Below are positions 1-11,057 of a stretch of DNA of 64,000 nucleotides, in pieces. Location: assembly GCA_963785305.1 (NCBI GenBank), contig CAWAUV010000005.1, positions 384,001-448,000 of the forward strand, in the 5' to 3' direction. Position numbers and translations under genes: made by a program. Below the pieces are notes generated by a model. The model made no database searches and was not told the DNA's origin. It saw nothing but the letters and a program-made list of their open reading frames with translations. Numbering within the stretch: position 1 is the first letter of the stretch; the number at the start of each line of letters is the position of its first letter. This DNA is from an uncultured Planctomycetaceae bacterium (GTDB taxonomy: Bacteria; Planctomycetota; Planctomycetia; Pirellulales; PALSA-1355).

Positions 1-3000
1 CTTCGCCAGCGTCTCGGGCCGAGGCGAAAAGCCGAGTGGCCGTCGCAAGAATCGCGCATGCTCGGAACGCAACCAATTCATCATCGCGGCGCCCGACACC
101 TGATAGTCGGCCTTGGCGAGGGCCTCGCGACTCCCCCGGCCAAACGCATCGAGCGGGCAAATCGTCGCCCGCGGGAAGGCGGCCGCGAACAGTTCGCCGA
201 ACACCGGATCGCATTCGATCATGCAGTGCCCGGCTTCAGCCGCGATTTCGCCGAACACGGTGGCGTAGAGCAGTTGGAGTGTCGGGCAGCGCCGGCGCGA
301 ACGATAATCGTTTTCTGCTGGAGCCATTGCCCGGTCCAGCGAGGCGGCGCGTCGTTCGGATCGGCTGGAGACGTGGCTCGAGTCGCGGCCGCATCGCACA
401 TTGCAAGCTCCGGCCAAGCGCCACGAAGATCGCCGAGCGCCATGTGAATCAGCGCTCGCTCACGCCGCGCGATGGTCTGTCTTGGATCGAGCCGCAGCGA
501 TTCATCGAACTCCGCGAGCGCCGCCGGATAGCGTCCCTGGCGAGCCCGCGCGCTGCCGAGCAATTGATGCAGCGAAGCATCTTCCGGGCGTTGCTCGATG
601 GCTCTCGCGAGCAGCGACTCCGCTTCGGCATTTCGACCGCGACGCGCGTGCGCGGCGGCGGAGTGCGCGAGCAACGCCGCATGTCGGGGCGCGGCCGCGA
701 GCGATTGGTCGAGGAGCGCCACGGCCCGCGCGGCCCGGCCGGTCGCCTCGAACACGCTGCGCCAAGGCGTCGACCGCGTCGGGTTCATGGGGTTCGATCG
801 CCAGCGCGCGGCGGAAGCAAGACTCGGCGAGCGCGTATTCGTGGTCGAAGGCCAAGTTTCGCCCCAGTTCGAGCCAAGTGGAGGCGCAGCGCGGTTCGAG
901 TTGGGCCGCGGTGGTCAACACACGGTGCGCTGCGTCGACACGGCCCAGTTGCATCAAGCTCCGACCTTCGTGCAAATAGGCGTCGAAGTCCTGGGACTCG
1001 AGCCCTGCGCCGCGCGAAAAGGAGCGAGCGCTTCGGCGTGCGAACCCATCCGCTGGAGCGCCAAGCCCAATTCGAGGTGCGCCCTGCGCATTCGCGGAGC
1101 GAGCGCCACCGACTTGCGATAATGGACAACGGCTTCTTCGAATCGACCGCACAGCGCGAGCGAGGCCGCTTGCCAGTAGTGCAGCGTCGGGCTGTCGTCG
1201 GCCGTGGCCAAGGCTCGGCGAAACGATTGAATGGCCAAGTCCTTGCGGCCGGTCTTCAAAGCGATGTGACCCAGGCGGCTATGAGCGGGCGAAAGACGCG
1301 GAGCGATCACGAGCATCTCGCGCAGCAATGCCTCGGACTCGGCATGGCGGCCGGCTTCGTAGAGCGCTTCGGATTCAACGCCCGCTTTCGCCAAGTAGCT
1401 TTTGACCTCGTGCCCCAAGCGATCCGCCTCGCGACGCCAATGCGTCGGATCGCTCGCACTCGGCAATCCGGCGCTCGTAGCGCCGAAATCGGCTTTCGAC
1501 AACGACTCGGGAACGGAAACATGAGTGGCGGCGGAGTGGGCCGTGGAGCTCACGCCGGTTGGCGGCGCGGCCAGGGACGCGGCTGTCGACACTGCCGGTC
1601 GAGTCGCTCGCGGCAGCCCCAAATGCGTATACAACGCGTCGGCGATTTCCTCGAGCACCGGGCGCCAGACTTCGATCGTCCGTTGGCGGAACAGCCGCAC
1701 CGAGTTGTACCAGGGCGTGGAATCTCCCTCGGCCAGCCAGCGCCAACTGGGAACCAGCGGCAACAAGGTCCAGGCCGCGGTGCCCAACGCGCCGGCCAGA
1801 TCGACCGTCGTGTTGACGACCGAGATCACGAGATCGAGGGCCGCGATCTTGGCGGCGAAATCATCCATGTCGATCAGCGGGTCGCCTTCTTCCCAATCTT
1901 GCACCGCCACGCCAAGCTGCTCGCGCACATCGAGAATCTCTTGCGAGGCGTCGCCATATTGCACATTGACGAAATGCGCGCCCGGCGCCGAGAGGATCGG
2001 CGCCCACTCGACAAGCGGCATGCTCCGCTTCAATCGCTCGACGGCCTTGCCGCCCGCCCGCCACGAAACGCCGATCTTGGGCCCCGGGCCTAGCGACGCA
2101 TATCGCTGGCGCCAAAACGCGACTCGCGCCGCGTCGGGAACCAAGAAACTTTTGCGTCGCGGGAAGCTCGCAAGATCGGGCCGCAGCATGAGCGGCAAAC
2201 TTCCCGAGGCGATCTGATAATCGTGCGGCGCGGAAAGCGGCGCGGGAGAACGATCGCTTAGCCGGGCAAACGGCTGCACATCGACCGTCGGAAAACTGCG
2301 CGTGAACAGCGTCCCCAGCCGCGGATCGCAAACCAAGCTCAGTCGCTCCGCTCGGCCGATCAAGTCGGGCACGCACGATGCAAACAGCACTTCGTCGCCC
2401 ACGCCCTGCTCGCCGTGGATCACCAGGCTTTTGCCTTCGAGCGGCGATCCATCCCAACGCGGCTGGGAATAGTGGTCGAACACGACTTCGCCGACTTCGC
2501 CGCGCATCTCGTAGCCGGGCCATGCCGCGCCGTAGCGACCCTGCAGCAACAGGCACACGGCAAGGTTGTAAATCGCGCGGGGAAAACCGGGTTGATAACA
2601 CAAGGCCGCCTCATAATGGCTGACGGCCTCGTCGAGCTGCTTGATCTCGCGGAGCGAGTTGCCCATGTTGTAGTGCGCGAGCCCGTTGGTCGGATCATGC
2701 TCGAGGCAGCGCCGCGTGGCTTTAATCGCCTCGAGATGCCGCCCTTCCTCGCACAAAATCGCGCCCAGATTGAGCATCAGGCCCGGCAGATCGGGATCGA
2801 CCTTGGCCGCTGCCTCGAGATAAAAATAGGCTTCGCGGTGATCGCGGCGCTTGGCGAGCGCGGCGCCCAGGTCGTTCATCAGATGGATGTTTTGCGGCTG
2901 CCGAGCGAGCGCCGTGCGGAGCACATCGATCGATTCGTCGAGCCGCCCTTGACCGCGCAGCGCAAGGCCCAGCAAGCGCATGGCAAGGTCGTGGTCGGGT

Positions 3001-3101
3001 TCGGCCGCGAGCACTTCGCGAGTCAGCCGCTCCGCCTCGATGAAGTGGTCGCTAAACAGGGCATCGCGAGCCGCTTCCAACCGCGATCGAAATGTTGTCA
3101 T
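1..3101 (-). CDS. TPR-repeat protein with two TPR + glycosyltransferase-like (GT9/GT-B type) modules; frameshifted; runs off the window start
   Basis: ORF 954..3101 has TPR helices (AHYNMGNSLREIKQLDEAVSHYEAAL) and the motifs GEQGVGDE, KIGVSWRAG, LDLVISV, WRW..TPWYNSVRLFRQ. TPRs continue in other frames (502..1152, 219..788), and a second degenerate module (PRWTG, ECDP, DYQV) continues to position 1. Confidence 0.75.
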
Positions 3102-3305
3102 ACCGCCGCCTCGCCCGGGCCGGGAGAATCGCTTCCATGATGAAACACCGGTTCATCAGAAAGATTTCGGCGGGGGCGAAGCAGCGTCTGCGGTGAAACT
3201 AAAAAAAACAGCGCCGGCCGGTGGAATTTCGATCTGTCGTCGCGTGGAGCGCGGGCGCCGCTGGCGCCAGCGGGCATTGCGAATGGGAACAATGCGCCTG
3301 ATGTG

Positions 3306-4466
3306 CTAGCACGCGATCTCGACCCATTGGCCGCTCTTGGCGCTGGCGAGCACCGCGTCGCACACTTTTTGCGTGTGCAAGGCCGTGCGAAAGTCGGGCT
3401 GCACCGGCTTGCCGGTTTCCAAGCTCTCCAGAAAATCGGCCAAGGCATTGATGAACGTGTGCTCGTAACCGATCGTGCAGCCGGGCACCCACCAATGCTT
3501 CATGTAGGGATGCTCGCCATTGGTCACATGCACCTTTTGCCATCCGGTGAGGTGGCTTTCGGTCTTGGCGCCGGACTTGGGGTCGGAATATTTGAAATAT
3601 TGCAAGTACTGCGCGTCTTCGAGATCGAAAAACACGCTGCCGGCTTCGCCGTTGAGCTCGAAGGTGTTGTAGTTCTTGCGGCCGCGGGCATAGCGAGTGC
3701 TCTCGAATGTGCCCATCGAGCCGTTCTTGAACATGGCGAGAAACATGCACGCGTCGTCGATCGTCACCGGCTGGGCCTTGCCAGTCTCGGCATGAATGCG
3801 CTCCTTGACGAATGTCTCCGTGGCGGCCGTCACGCGCGTGATCGGGCCGTTGAGCCATTCGGCCGTGTCGATCGAATGGGCCAACAGATCGCCGGTCACG
3901 CCCGAGCCGGCCACCGCGGCGTCGAGCCGCCAGAGCGCCGCGCCGCCCTGGGGCACGTCGGCCGCGATCGTCCAGTCTTGCAAATACGTGGCGCGATAGT
4001 GAAACGGTCGCCCGATGCGGCCTTCGTCGACGATCTGCTTGGCGAGCGAGATGGCCGGCACGCGGCGATAGTTGAACCACACCATGTTGGGCACGCGGGC
4101 CTTCTCGACCGCGGCCACCATCGCCTCGCCCTCGGCCACATTCATCGCCAGCGGCTTCTCGCACAGGATCATCTTGCCGGCGGCGGCGGCGGCGAGCACG
4201 ATTTCCTGATGGGTGTTGTTGGGCGAGCCGATATCGACGCAATCGATATCCTTGCGATCGATGATCCGCCGCCAATCGGTTTCGTATGATTCATAGCCCC
4301 AGTTTTGGGCAAAGGCTTTGATTTTTTCTTCGTTGCGCGCGCAGCAGGCCTTGAGCACCGGCTTATATTCACGCTTGAAGAACTGGCTGACTTGGCGATA
4401 GGCGTTCGAGTGCGTGCGGCCCATGAAGCCGTAGCCGATCATGCCGATATTCAGGGGTTTGCTCAT
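3306..4466 (-). CDS. Gfo/Idh/MocA family oxidoreductase
   Basis: N-terminal Rossmann IGYGFMG, CEKPLA motif, GDLLAHSID catalytic region. Confidence 0.92.
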   Translation of the reverse strand: MSKPLNIGMIGYGFMGRTHSNAYRQVSQFFKREYKPVLKACCARNEEKIKAFAQNWGYESYETDWRRIIDRKDIDCVDIGSPNNTHQEIVLAAAAAGKMILCEKPLAMNVAEGEAMVAAVEKARVPNMVWFNYRRVPAISLAKQIVDEGRIGRPFHYRATYLQDWTIAADVPQGGAALWRLDAAVAGSGVTGDLLAHSIDTAEWLNGPITRVTAATETFVKERIHAETGKAQPVTIDDACMFLAMFKNGSMGTFESTRYARGRKNYNTFELNGEAGSVFFDLEDAQYLQYFKYSDPKSGAKTESHLTGWQKVHVTNGEHPYMKHWWVPGCTIGYEHTFINALADFLESLETGKPVQPDFRTALHTQKVCDAVLASAKSGQWVEIAC

Positions 4467-4506
4467 CGTGTGGGGCCTTTATTGCAATGGAGTAATTCAG
4501 GGGAGG

Positions 4507-5157
4507 TTAGTCGACTAAAGCAGCGCGAAGCCACTTGACGAAGAGTTCGACCGTGTCATGGTCGGCGCTCAGATACCGGCAAGTGATCGCGGTTCCCAGG
4601 GGTCTTCCGGGCTGCTCTTGCACGGCGAGCCAAGCGTGGATGCGCGCCTTTGGGAGCGACGCCGGTTTGAATTTGCGATCGGGTTCGGGAATGCTGTCCA
4701 TGAACGCGTCGACACGCGGCAAATCTCGGTCGTCGGACGGAATCAAGAAGGCGGTAAAATCCTCGAGAATGCCTGGCGACGCGTTGTTGGGCATCATCCA
4801 AACGGAAAACCGCTTCGGGCCGAAATCATTATCGAAGACAACCGTTGTCCCGCCAGACTCCGGGGTCTCAGGCAATTCGACGTAGGGCCGCACTTTATTT
4901 CTTATCGCGGCCCATCGCGATTGCACTTTAAGATCAGCGTCGACCATAATCGCGAGACGTTCGAGTCCGCCATCGCGAAGTAGGACGGTGAGTGTATCGA
5001 ACAAATTCTCGATTCCCCCGCCGCTGGGCGAGTCGTCGATTTCGGTCACCTTTCGCGGCTCGATCTTGAAGCACTCCGGCAGGTCATGCTGCTTGCAAAG
5101 GTGCAACACGACATGGAAATCGTCTTTTCCCTCAACGAGAAGAATGCGTTTGCCCAT
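4507..5157 (-). CDS. TOPRIM-like protein (DUF3226-like), partner of the upstream ABC ATPase
   Basis: LLVEGKDD (TOPRIM acidic motif), IMVDAD (DxD), WMMPNN..G.LEDF. ATG at 5157 is 2 nt after the ATPase stop. Confidence 0.75.
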   Translation of the reverse strand: MGKRILLVEGKDDFHVVLHLCKQHDLPECFKIEPRKVTEIDDSPSGGGIENLFDTLTVLLRDGGLERLAIMVDADLKVQSRWAAIRNKVRPYVELPETPESGGTTVVFDNDFGPKRFSVWMMPNNASPGILEDFTAFLIPSDDRDLPRVDAFMDSIPEPDRKFKPASLPKARIHAWLAVQEQPGRPLGTAITCRYLSADHDTVELFVKWLRAALVD

Positions 5158-5159
5158 GC

Positions 5160-6302
5160 TCAACGCACCTCGATTTCGTTGCGGGTAATCACGTCCAGGT
5201 CATGTTCGTCGAAGATCACGGCCCGCGTTTTTTCGCCCTTCCGCTCGATTCGAACCAGCACGGCATCGCAACTCAGTTCGTCTTTCGCCGCGAGTTGAAA
5301 CGCTTCGACGCAATCCCAAGAGTGGGAAGTGGCGAAGATTTGCAAGTCATGGGCCTGTGCCGCTTTAAAAACGAATCGCCACAGTTTTTCGAGAACGCTG
5401 TAATGAATTCCGTTTTCGATTTCGTCGAACAAAAGAGCACGCGAGCCCTCCGACGGCGGTTCCGCGTCAAAATCGAGTCCATCGCGTGGAAACAAATTGG
5501 AATGCAACCGCGTGGAATGCTGGATCGCCAGCGCAATTTGAAATATCCGCCCTACGCCATCGCCGAGGCTCTTTAGGGGAATCGGAGCGACGAAATCGTC
5601 ATGATGCACCACAAACATGCGCTCTGGTGGCCTCGCCGGATTCGCAACGAGACTGACTCTCTTTATCGGGGCGATGATCTTCAAGCACTCCAAGACCGCA
5701 TCATCTGCCCCGTCTAGAAGGATGTTATCCCACCAAATGGACGAATCAATTGCAGTTTGCTCTCCACGCACCACAAGCGGCGGCCTGAGGTCGGGCAACC
5801 TCCGCCGGATGGCATGGGCCGCCGTGCGCAATTGAAACGGCCATGACGAGTCTTGCCATCTCACATGCAGTGTGGGGGCCGTCTCACGCGAAAACGGCGC
5901 ACCGGGATTGCCATCGCCGGGATCGTTCGATTGCCATTCGAGATTTTGGACCAGCGATACCTCAATGCCGGTGTTGTTGTTTTTGTCAGGCCCGATACGG
6001 AATCGTTTTGATTCACGGCCGTTTCGTGCCTGACCGTGGAACAGCGATGCGGTCCGCGGTAGAATTTCCTCCGAGCCGAGTTCGGATGCGAACTCGTCGT
6101 GGGTCGCAAGCAAGACGCCGACCGATTCCGAAAGAAAGCCGCGAGAGGCAGCGTGTGTCACTTGCTCATAAAGGCGAATCGCTTCGAGCAATGTCGTCTT
6201 GCCGGTGTTGTTCTTGCCGACGATCAGGTTCACGCGGCCGAGCCGTGGAACTTCCAATTCCTTGAAGCAGCGAAAATTGGAAATGTAAAAGCTCGTCAGC
6301 AC
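5160..6302 (-). CDS. ABC/AAA_15-AAA_21-type ATPase (SMC/OLD/AbiEii-like)
   Basis: ISNFRCF, Walker A GKNNTGKT, signature SLGDG, Walker B/D-loop LLFDEIENGIH, H-loop FATSHS. Confidence 0.9.
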   Translation of the reverse strand: MLTSFYISNFRCFKELEVPRLGRVNLIVGKNNTGKTTLLEAIRLYEQVTHAASRGFLSESVGVLLATHDEFASELGSEEILPRTASLFHGQARNGRESKRFRIGPDKNNNTGIEVSLVQNLEWQSNDPGDGNPGAPFSRETAPTLHVRWQDSSWPFQLRTAAHAIRRRLPDLRPPLVVRGEQTAIDSSIWWDNILLDGADDAVLECLKIIAPIKRVSLVANPARPPERMFVVHHDDFVAPIPLKSLGDGVGRIFQIALAIQHSTRLHSNLFPRDGLDFDAEPPSEGSRALLFDEIENGIHYSVLEKLWRFVFKAAQAHDLQIFATSHSWDCVEAFQLAAKDELSCDAVLVRIERKGEKTRAVIFDEHDLDVITRNEIEVR

Positions 6303-6338
6303 GCCAAACGCTCGCTCTCTATCGCCCGCGATATCGCC

Positions 6339-7387
6339 TCAGTCCCATCCGTGCGCAGTGCGCACCGAGATCATCGCCTTCAGAATCTTGTTCCAGGTTT
6401 CCGGGCGCGTCATCACCGCGTTGGGAAACATGCAACCATCCCAGCAAATATGCTCGACGGCCTTCGTCAACCGGCCCGACTCGTCGCGCAGCCAGAAGCC
6501 GGCCACATGCGGAATATCGAGCTTGCCGCCCGGATCGTCGGGCAGGCAGTGGCGGCCGGTCTTGTCGTGCGAGCCGGTTCCATGCACCGTGGCGTCGTTT
6601 TGGGCCACGTGGAAATCGATCGTCCAGGGTCGTAGCGCCGCGGTGAGCTGCTTGAGCCCGGCGTCGAGTTGCTGCTTGTCTTTCCAGTCGAAATTGGCCG
6701 GCAAGATCGCGTCTTCCGGGGCGTTGTAACCCAGCAAATACAAGAGCGTGTGGGCCATGTCGGCCTGGAAGCCGAGATGCTTCGGCCGGTCGACCATTTC
6801 CAGAAGCTGCGTCATGCGGCGCCAACTGTGCATGCCGCCCCAGCAGATCTCGCCTTCGGCCGCCAGTCGCTCGCCGTGGTCGGCCGCGATATCGGCGGCT
6901 TGGCGAAAGGTGTCGGCAATGCGCCGCTGATTGCCCTCGGGATCGGAGAGCCAATCGCCCACGCCGCTGGCCGAATCGATCCGCACCACGCCATAGGGCC
7001 TCGCGCCGATCTCGCGCAGCCGCTTGGCGATCCGGCATCCCTTGCGCACTTGTTCGAGAAACTGTTTGCGCTCGGCTTCCGACCCCATCGCCGCGCCGCC
7101 GCCGGTGGGCGGCCACACCGGCGCCACCACCGACCCGATCGCCAGCCCCGCCGCGCGGCCTTATCAGCCAGCGACTTGAGCTCGTCGTCCGTGGCGTCGA
7201 TGTCGACATGCGGCGCGAACAGGAACAAATCAAACCCGTCGAACTTCACGCCATCGACTTCGGCCGCCGCCGTGAGGTCGAGCATCGTGTCGAGATCGAT
7301 CGGCGGCTCCGAGTCGGGACCCTTGCCCACGACTCCGGGCCATGCCGCATTGTGCAGCTTGGGAAATGAATGCGCGGTGGTGCTCAT
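6339..7387 (-). CDS. Xylose-isomerase-like TIM-barrel sugar isomerase/epimerase (frameshift near 7140)
   Basis: N-terminus in 6812..7387 ([20 protein letters not shown]) joins C-terminus in 6339..7130 ([28 protein letters not shown]). Confidence 0.8.
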
Positions 7388-7410
7388 GGCGGGGGAATCC
7401 TCGTGGGGGT

Positions 7411-8755
7411 TTAGGCAATTGCCTCGGCCGTCGCGGCGGGTTGGGAACCGTTTTTCGACTCGCCCGTGGAGCGCGAAGCCGACTCCGGCTCCGGCGCGTG
7501 TTCGCGCAAATAATCGCCCACCGCGGGCAAGCTCGCAAAGGTGTCGGGCCCGAAATAACGCAGGCCGACCAGCGGCTCGCTGCCCGAGTTTTCGATCTCG
7601 ATGCCTTGCGTGGCCGCTTCGTGACTAATGAACACTTCGTCCTCGGTGTCCTCGCCAAAACGGATCATGGCCGGAGTTTGCAATTGCAAGGGTCCGATTC
7701 GGCCCCGGCCTTGCACCGTAATCCAGCCGCTCGCGCCGGATCGGTGATTCGGCAGCGCGCGCCCGGCGCCACGGTGAGCTCCTTGGCGCTGAAGAGCTGC
7801 TGGCCGTCGACCGTGCCGTACACGATCCAGCGATCCGTGTAGCCCAAGCCGCTGGCGTCGCGATCGACGATCGGCTCGAGGTAGTTGTGGGCCTTGAAGT
7901 CCGGATCGACGTTCTTCTCCCAGTCGAGCTGCGAGATGATGAAGTCGAGGTCCTGATGCTTTTCTTGCGGCACATCTTTCACCAGCAGCGACCAGGGCAC
8001 TTCACGTCCCTCGACAAGCGATTGAAACATCGCGAACACATCGGAGCCCCACTGCGGCTCGTAGGTGCAGAGCGAGCCGGGCGCGTGGAGCACGCCCGGC
8101 GGAATCAGCCAGCCCGTGCCGCGCTTAAGGCGATAGGCTTTCGAAAGATCGAGAATGCCGTTGTCGCCCACGTGCCAATTTTCCAAGCAACGGCGCACCT
8201 GATCCTTGGTCGTGCCGGGCTCGAAGCCCATGAAGGTGTAAGCGAAGTTGTTGTCGACATTGTTGAGCTGCGGCGGAAAGTAATAGCTTTCCGGCTTGCC
8301 TTGCTGGCCGACAAGCGCGGCATGCTCGAAGCCCTGATGCATGTGATGCGGGATCGGGCCCATGTTGTCGAAGAACTTGGAGTAGACCGGCCAGCGCTGG
8401 TAGCGGTTCCACATTTTTTCGCCGATCAAGCGTGAACCGGCCTCGGCCACGGCGTCGCGCAGGAGAAATCGGCTGCCTTCAAACGACACATAGCTGAGTC
8501 CTTCGTCGGGCGTGCGGTTGTCGTTGGCCGCTTCGGTCGTGCTCGCGAACCAGCGTTCGTCGATGCCACCGCGATGTGCGCCGAAAGCATACCAATCGGT
8601 CGGCGCCAATTTGATTCGCTTGCCCGGATGCAGAAAGCTGCGTGGCACCCAGGTGGGCGTGAGCCGCAAGATGCCTTGGCCCGCGTCGATGCCCGGGAGA
8701 GGGCTTGCGAGGCATTGTCGGTCTTGAGCTTTTTCGAAGCCGTTTTTGCCGCCAT
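7411..8755 (-). CDS. Cupin-fold, mannose-6-phosphate-isomerase-like protein (frameshifts near 8695 and 7735)
   Basis: [34 protein letters not shown] cupin metal motifs. Probable start ATG 8755 (MAAKTASKK) behind GGAG; C-terminus in 7411..7716. Confidence 0.75.
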
Positions 8756-9074
8756 CGATAAAACACTCCGCACAGAGGATTCGACTGAGGAGGGACGCCA
8801 GGAGGGAACTCTCGCCTGTTTCCGCGAAAATCTTCGCCCACGAACATGCGTCGCCGGGATCCGGAGACGATGGCGGGCAAAATCCGAAGAGCGAGAAATC
8901 CGAAAGAATGAACCGGTTTGTTGTATTCGCTGGCGCGCCGCCTGACAAGAGTCGCGCCCCCCCGGGGGCAAGCGCGAGGCATTCAAGAACGCCGACGACT
9001 TCGACTGACGAAGCAAAACGCCGGCGACGCATGCCGCCGGACAGCGCCATCCGGGAACTAACAAGCCACGCGGT

Positions 9075-10103
9075 TCAGCTTTGCTGCCGGTTTCGCAGCC
9101 GGGCGCTCACGCGTTCGAGCAGCGCGCGTTCCTTGGCGTCGAGCGCGCAAGTCCGGCTTCATGCAACCGGCCGAGGATTTCGTCGACCTGCCGTTCTTCG
9201 TCGCGTTCGAGCTCGAATTGCCTGCGACGCCGTTCGCGCCGCCGTCGCTCGAACCAGCCGCGCAGCCGACCGATGCGCCGCTTGGGCCGATCGGTTCGCC
9301 GCTCGAGGCTCGTATAGCCCTGCGAGAAGTCGTAACTGAATAGATCGTCGTCCATGTCCGGATCATCGAGCCGAGCCAAGTCGTGCCGCCCGGCAAAGAA
9401 CAGAAATAGGGCGGCCATCGACAAGGGAACCCAGGCCGGGAACCCCTCGACATCCAAAAACTCGTGACCCAGCCAACCCAATAGGCAGACCCCAACCGCC
9501 AGAAACTGCGCCGCCCGAGCCACGATCGCCACGCTGTTGCGATAGTCAAACGCCGGCCACAACAGCGCTCGATACACGCGCACCCCATCGAACGGCGAAG
9601 CCGGCGCCAAGTTCACGAGGAACAGCAGCCAGTTGATCCAATAAGTGAGCTTGATCGACACCGCCCAAATCGGGCCCTCGAACAGATCGGTGGGTCGCAA
9701 CGGATTCAAGAGCGCCAAGAGGCTGCCGCCCACGATCCACGCCGGCGCGCTGGCCAGCATCCAAATCGTGAGATTCACGGCCGGGCCGGCTACGCGCCGT
9801 GACAAGCTCTTGCTGGGGCTCGGGCGCCGGATGCGGGGGCGGCAATCCGCCGATCGGCGTGAGCACGAGCGATTCGCCGTCGACTCCGGCCCGCGCCGCC
9901 GCCGTCAGATGGCCGAGCTCATGGGCCACCACGCTCATGAACAAAATCGCGAGCGCCAAGCATCCGTAGCCCAGGCCCACGCCCGGCTCGCGCGAGGCGA
10001 GCCAGAGCGCCGCGATCGCCAAGAAAAAGAATGATGCATGCAGGCGAATCTGCAATCCGCGTCCGCGATGCAGGCAGACGCTCCAACTGGAGTGATCGCG
10101 CAT
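9075..10103 (-). CDS. Site-2 protease (M50) membrane metalloprotease with C-terminal helical domain (frameshifts near 9800 and 9145)
   Basis: HELGH zinc motif, AGPAVN, NLAPASPFDG, several TM segments. Tail VDEILGRLHEAG..LDAKERALLERVS ends at the TGA at 9075. Confidence 0.8.
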
Positions 10104-10326
10104 GACAAAGTGTCCGCAAGAAAAACGCCGCGAGCCGCGCTTGGCGAGGGGTTCGGATCGCATTATTTTATCATAAGCGACCCCGGCGAATCAACAAACG
10201 TCTTCGAACGTCGGCCGCTACCGCCGCTGGCGCCCCGGCGGGAACGACCGATTCGAGCGGTTTTGCGGGGGCTGTTCGCGAAGTCCGGCCGCTGGCCCCC
10301 CGATCGGTTCCCCTGGGAAATGACGC

Positions 10327-10860
10327 ATGACCGATCCGCTACTCGAAGAAGTGCTGCTCGTCACCGAGCGATTTCGCGTGGTTCGGCGCCATGAATCGGG
10401 GCCCGATGGCGCCCCGCGCTCCCGGGCCACGATCCAACATCCAGGCGCCGTGGTGATTTTGCCGCTCGTCGACCCGGAAACCGTCTGCTTGATTCGCAAC
10501 TATCGCGTGGCGGTGCGGGAAACGGTCGTCGAACTTCCGGCCGGCACGCTCGAGCCGAGTGAAGACCCGCGGCTGGCCGCCCATCGCGAGCTGGCCGAGG
10601 AAACCGGCTACCGGGCCGCGAGCCTGGAGCCGCTGGCCCTGTGGCTCATGTCGCCCGGCATCTTAAACGAACGCATGCATGTCTATCTGGCCACGGGGCT
10701 CGTTGCCGGAGAACTCGACTTGCAGCCGGGCGAAACGATCGAACCGCTACTGGTCGCCTGGAGCGAGGCGCTCGACATGGTGCGACTCGGCCAAATTCAA
10801 GACGCCAAGACCGTGGCCGCCCTGCTGTTTCACGACCGCTTTCTCCGCGGGAGCGGCTGA
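10327..10860 (+). CDS. NUDIX hydrolase (ADP-ribose pyrophosphatase-like)
   Basis: Nudix box ELPAGTLEPSEDPRLAAHRELAEETGY; IQDAKT. Confidence 0.92.
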   Translation: MTDPLLEEVLLVTERFRVVRRHESGPDGAPRSRATIQHPGAVVILPLVDPETVCLIRNYRVAVRETVVELPAGTLEPSEDPRLAAHRELAEETGYRAASLEPLALWLMSPGILNERMHVYLATGLVAGELDLQPGETIEPLLVAWSEALDMVRLGQIQDAKTVAALLFHDRFLRGSG

Positions 10861-10884
10861 CAGCCTGTTTATTTAAGCAGGCTG
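10861..10884. repeat. Short hairpin CAGCCTGTT...GCAGGCTG, same family as the termini of the 35159 element; may act as a terminator
   Basis: cagcctgttt-attt-aagcaggctg directly after the NUDIX stop codon. Confidence 0.55.
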
Positions 10885-11057
10885 ATGAGCGTCGATGTGT
10901 CCCGGCGACGAATTTCCTCGTTCCGCGTGGGCCAATCGACCGACCGGGCATTGCGTGGCGGGCGGCTCGACGTGTGCTACAATTCGCGGCGAGTTTAAAT
11001 CGTGCGCGCGCATGCGCGAAATTCTTTCGACGATGGCTTCCACGATGGGTGTCGGGC

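Noticed and set aside
36..2093. Long plus-strand ORF (685 aa) and similar long antisense ORFs (3303..4289, 12932..14596, 44651..46210, 55340..56707, 61293..62387)
   Set aside because: They lie antisense to or overlap well-supported genes, have Arg/Gly-rich composition without motifs, and are typical shadow ORFs of high-GC DNA
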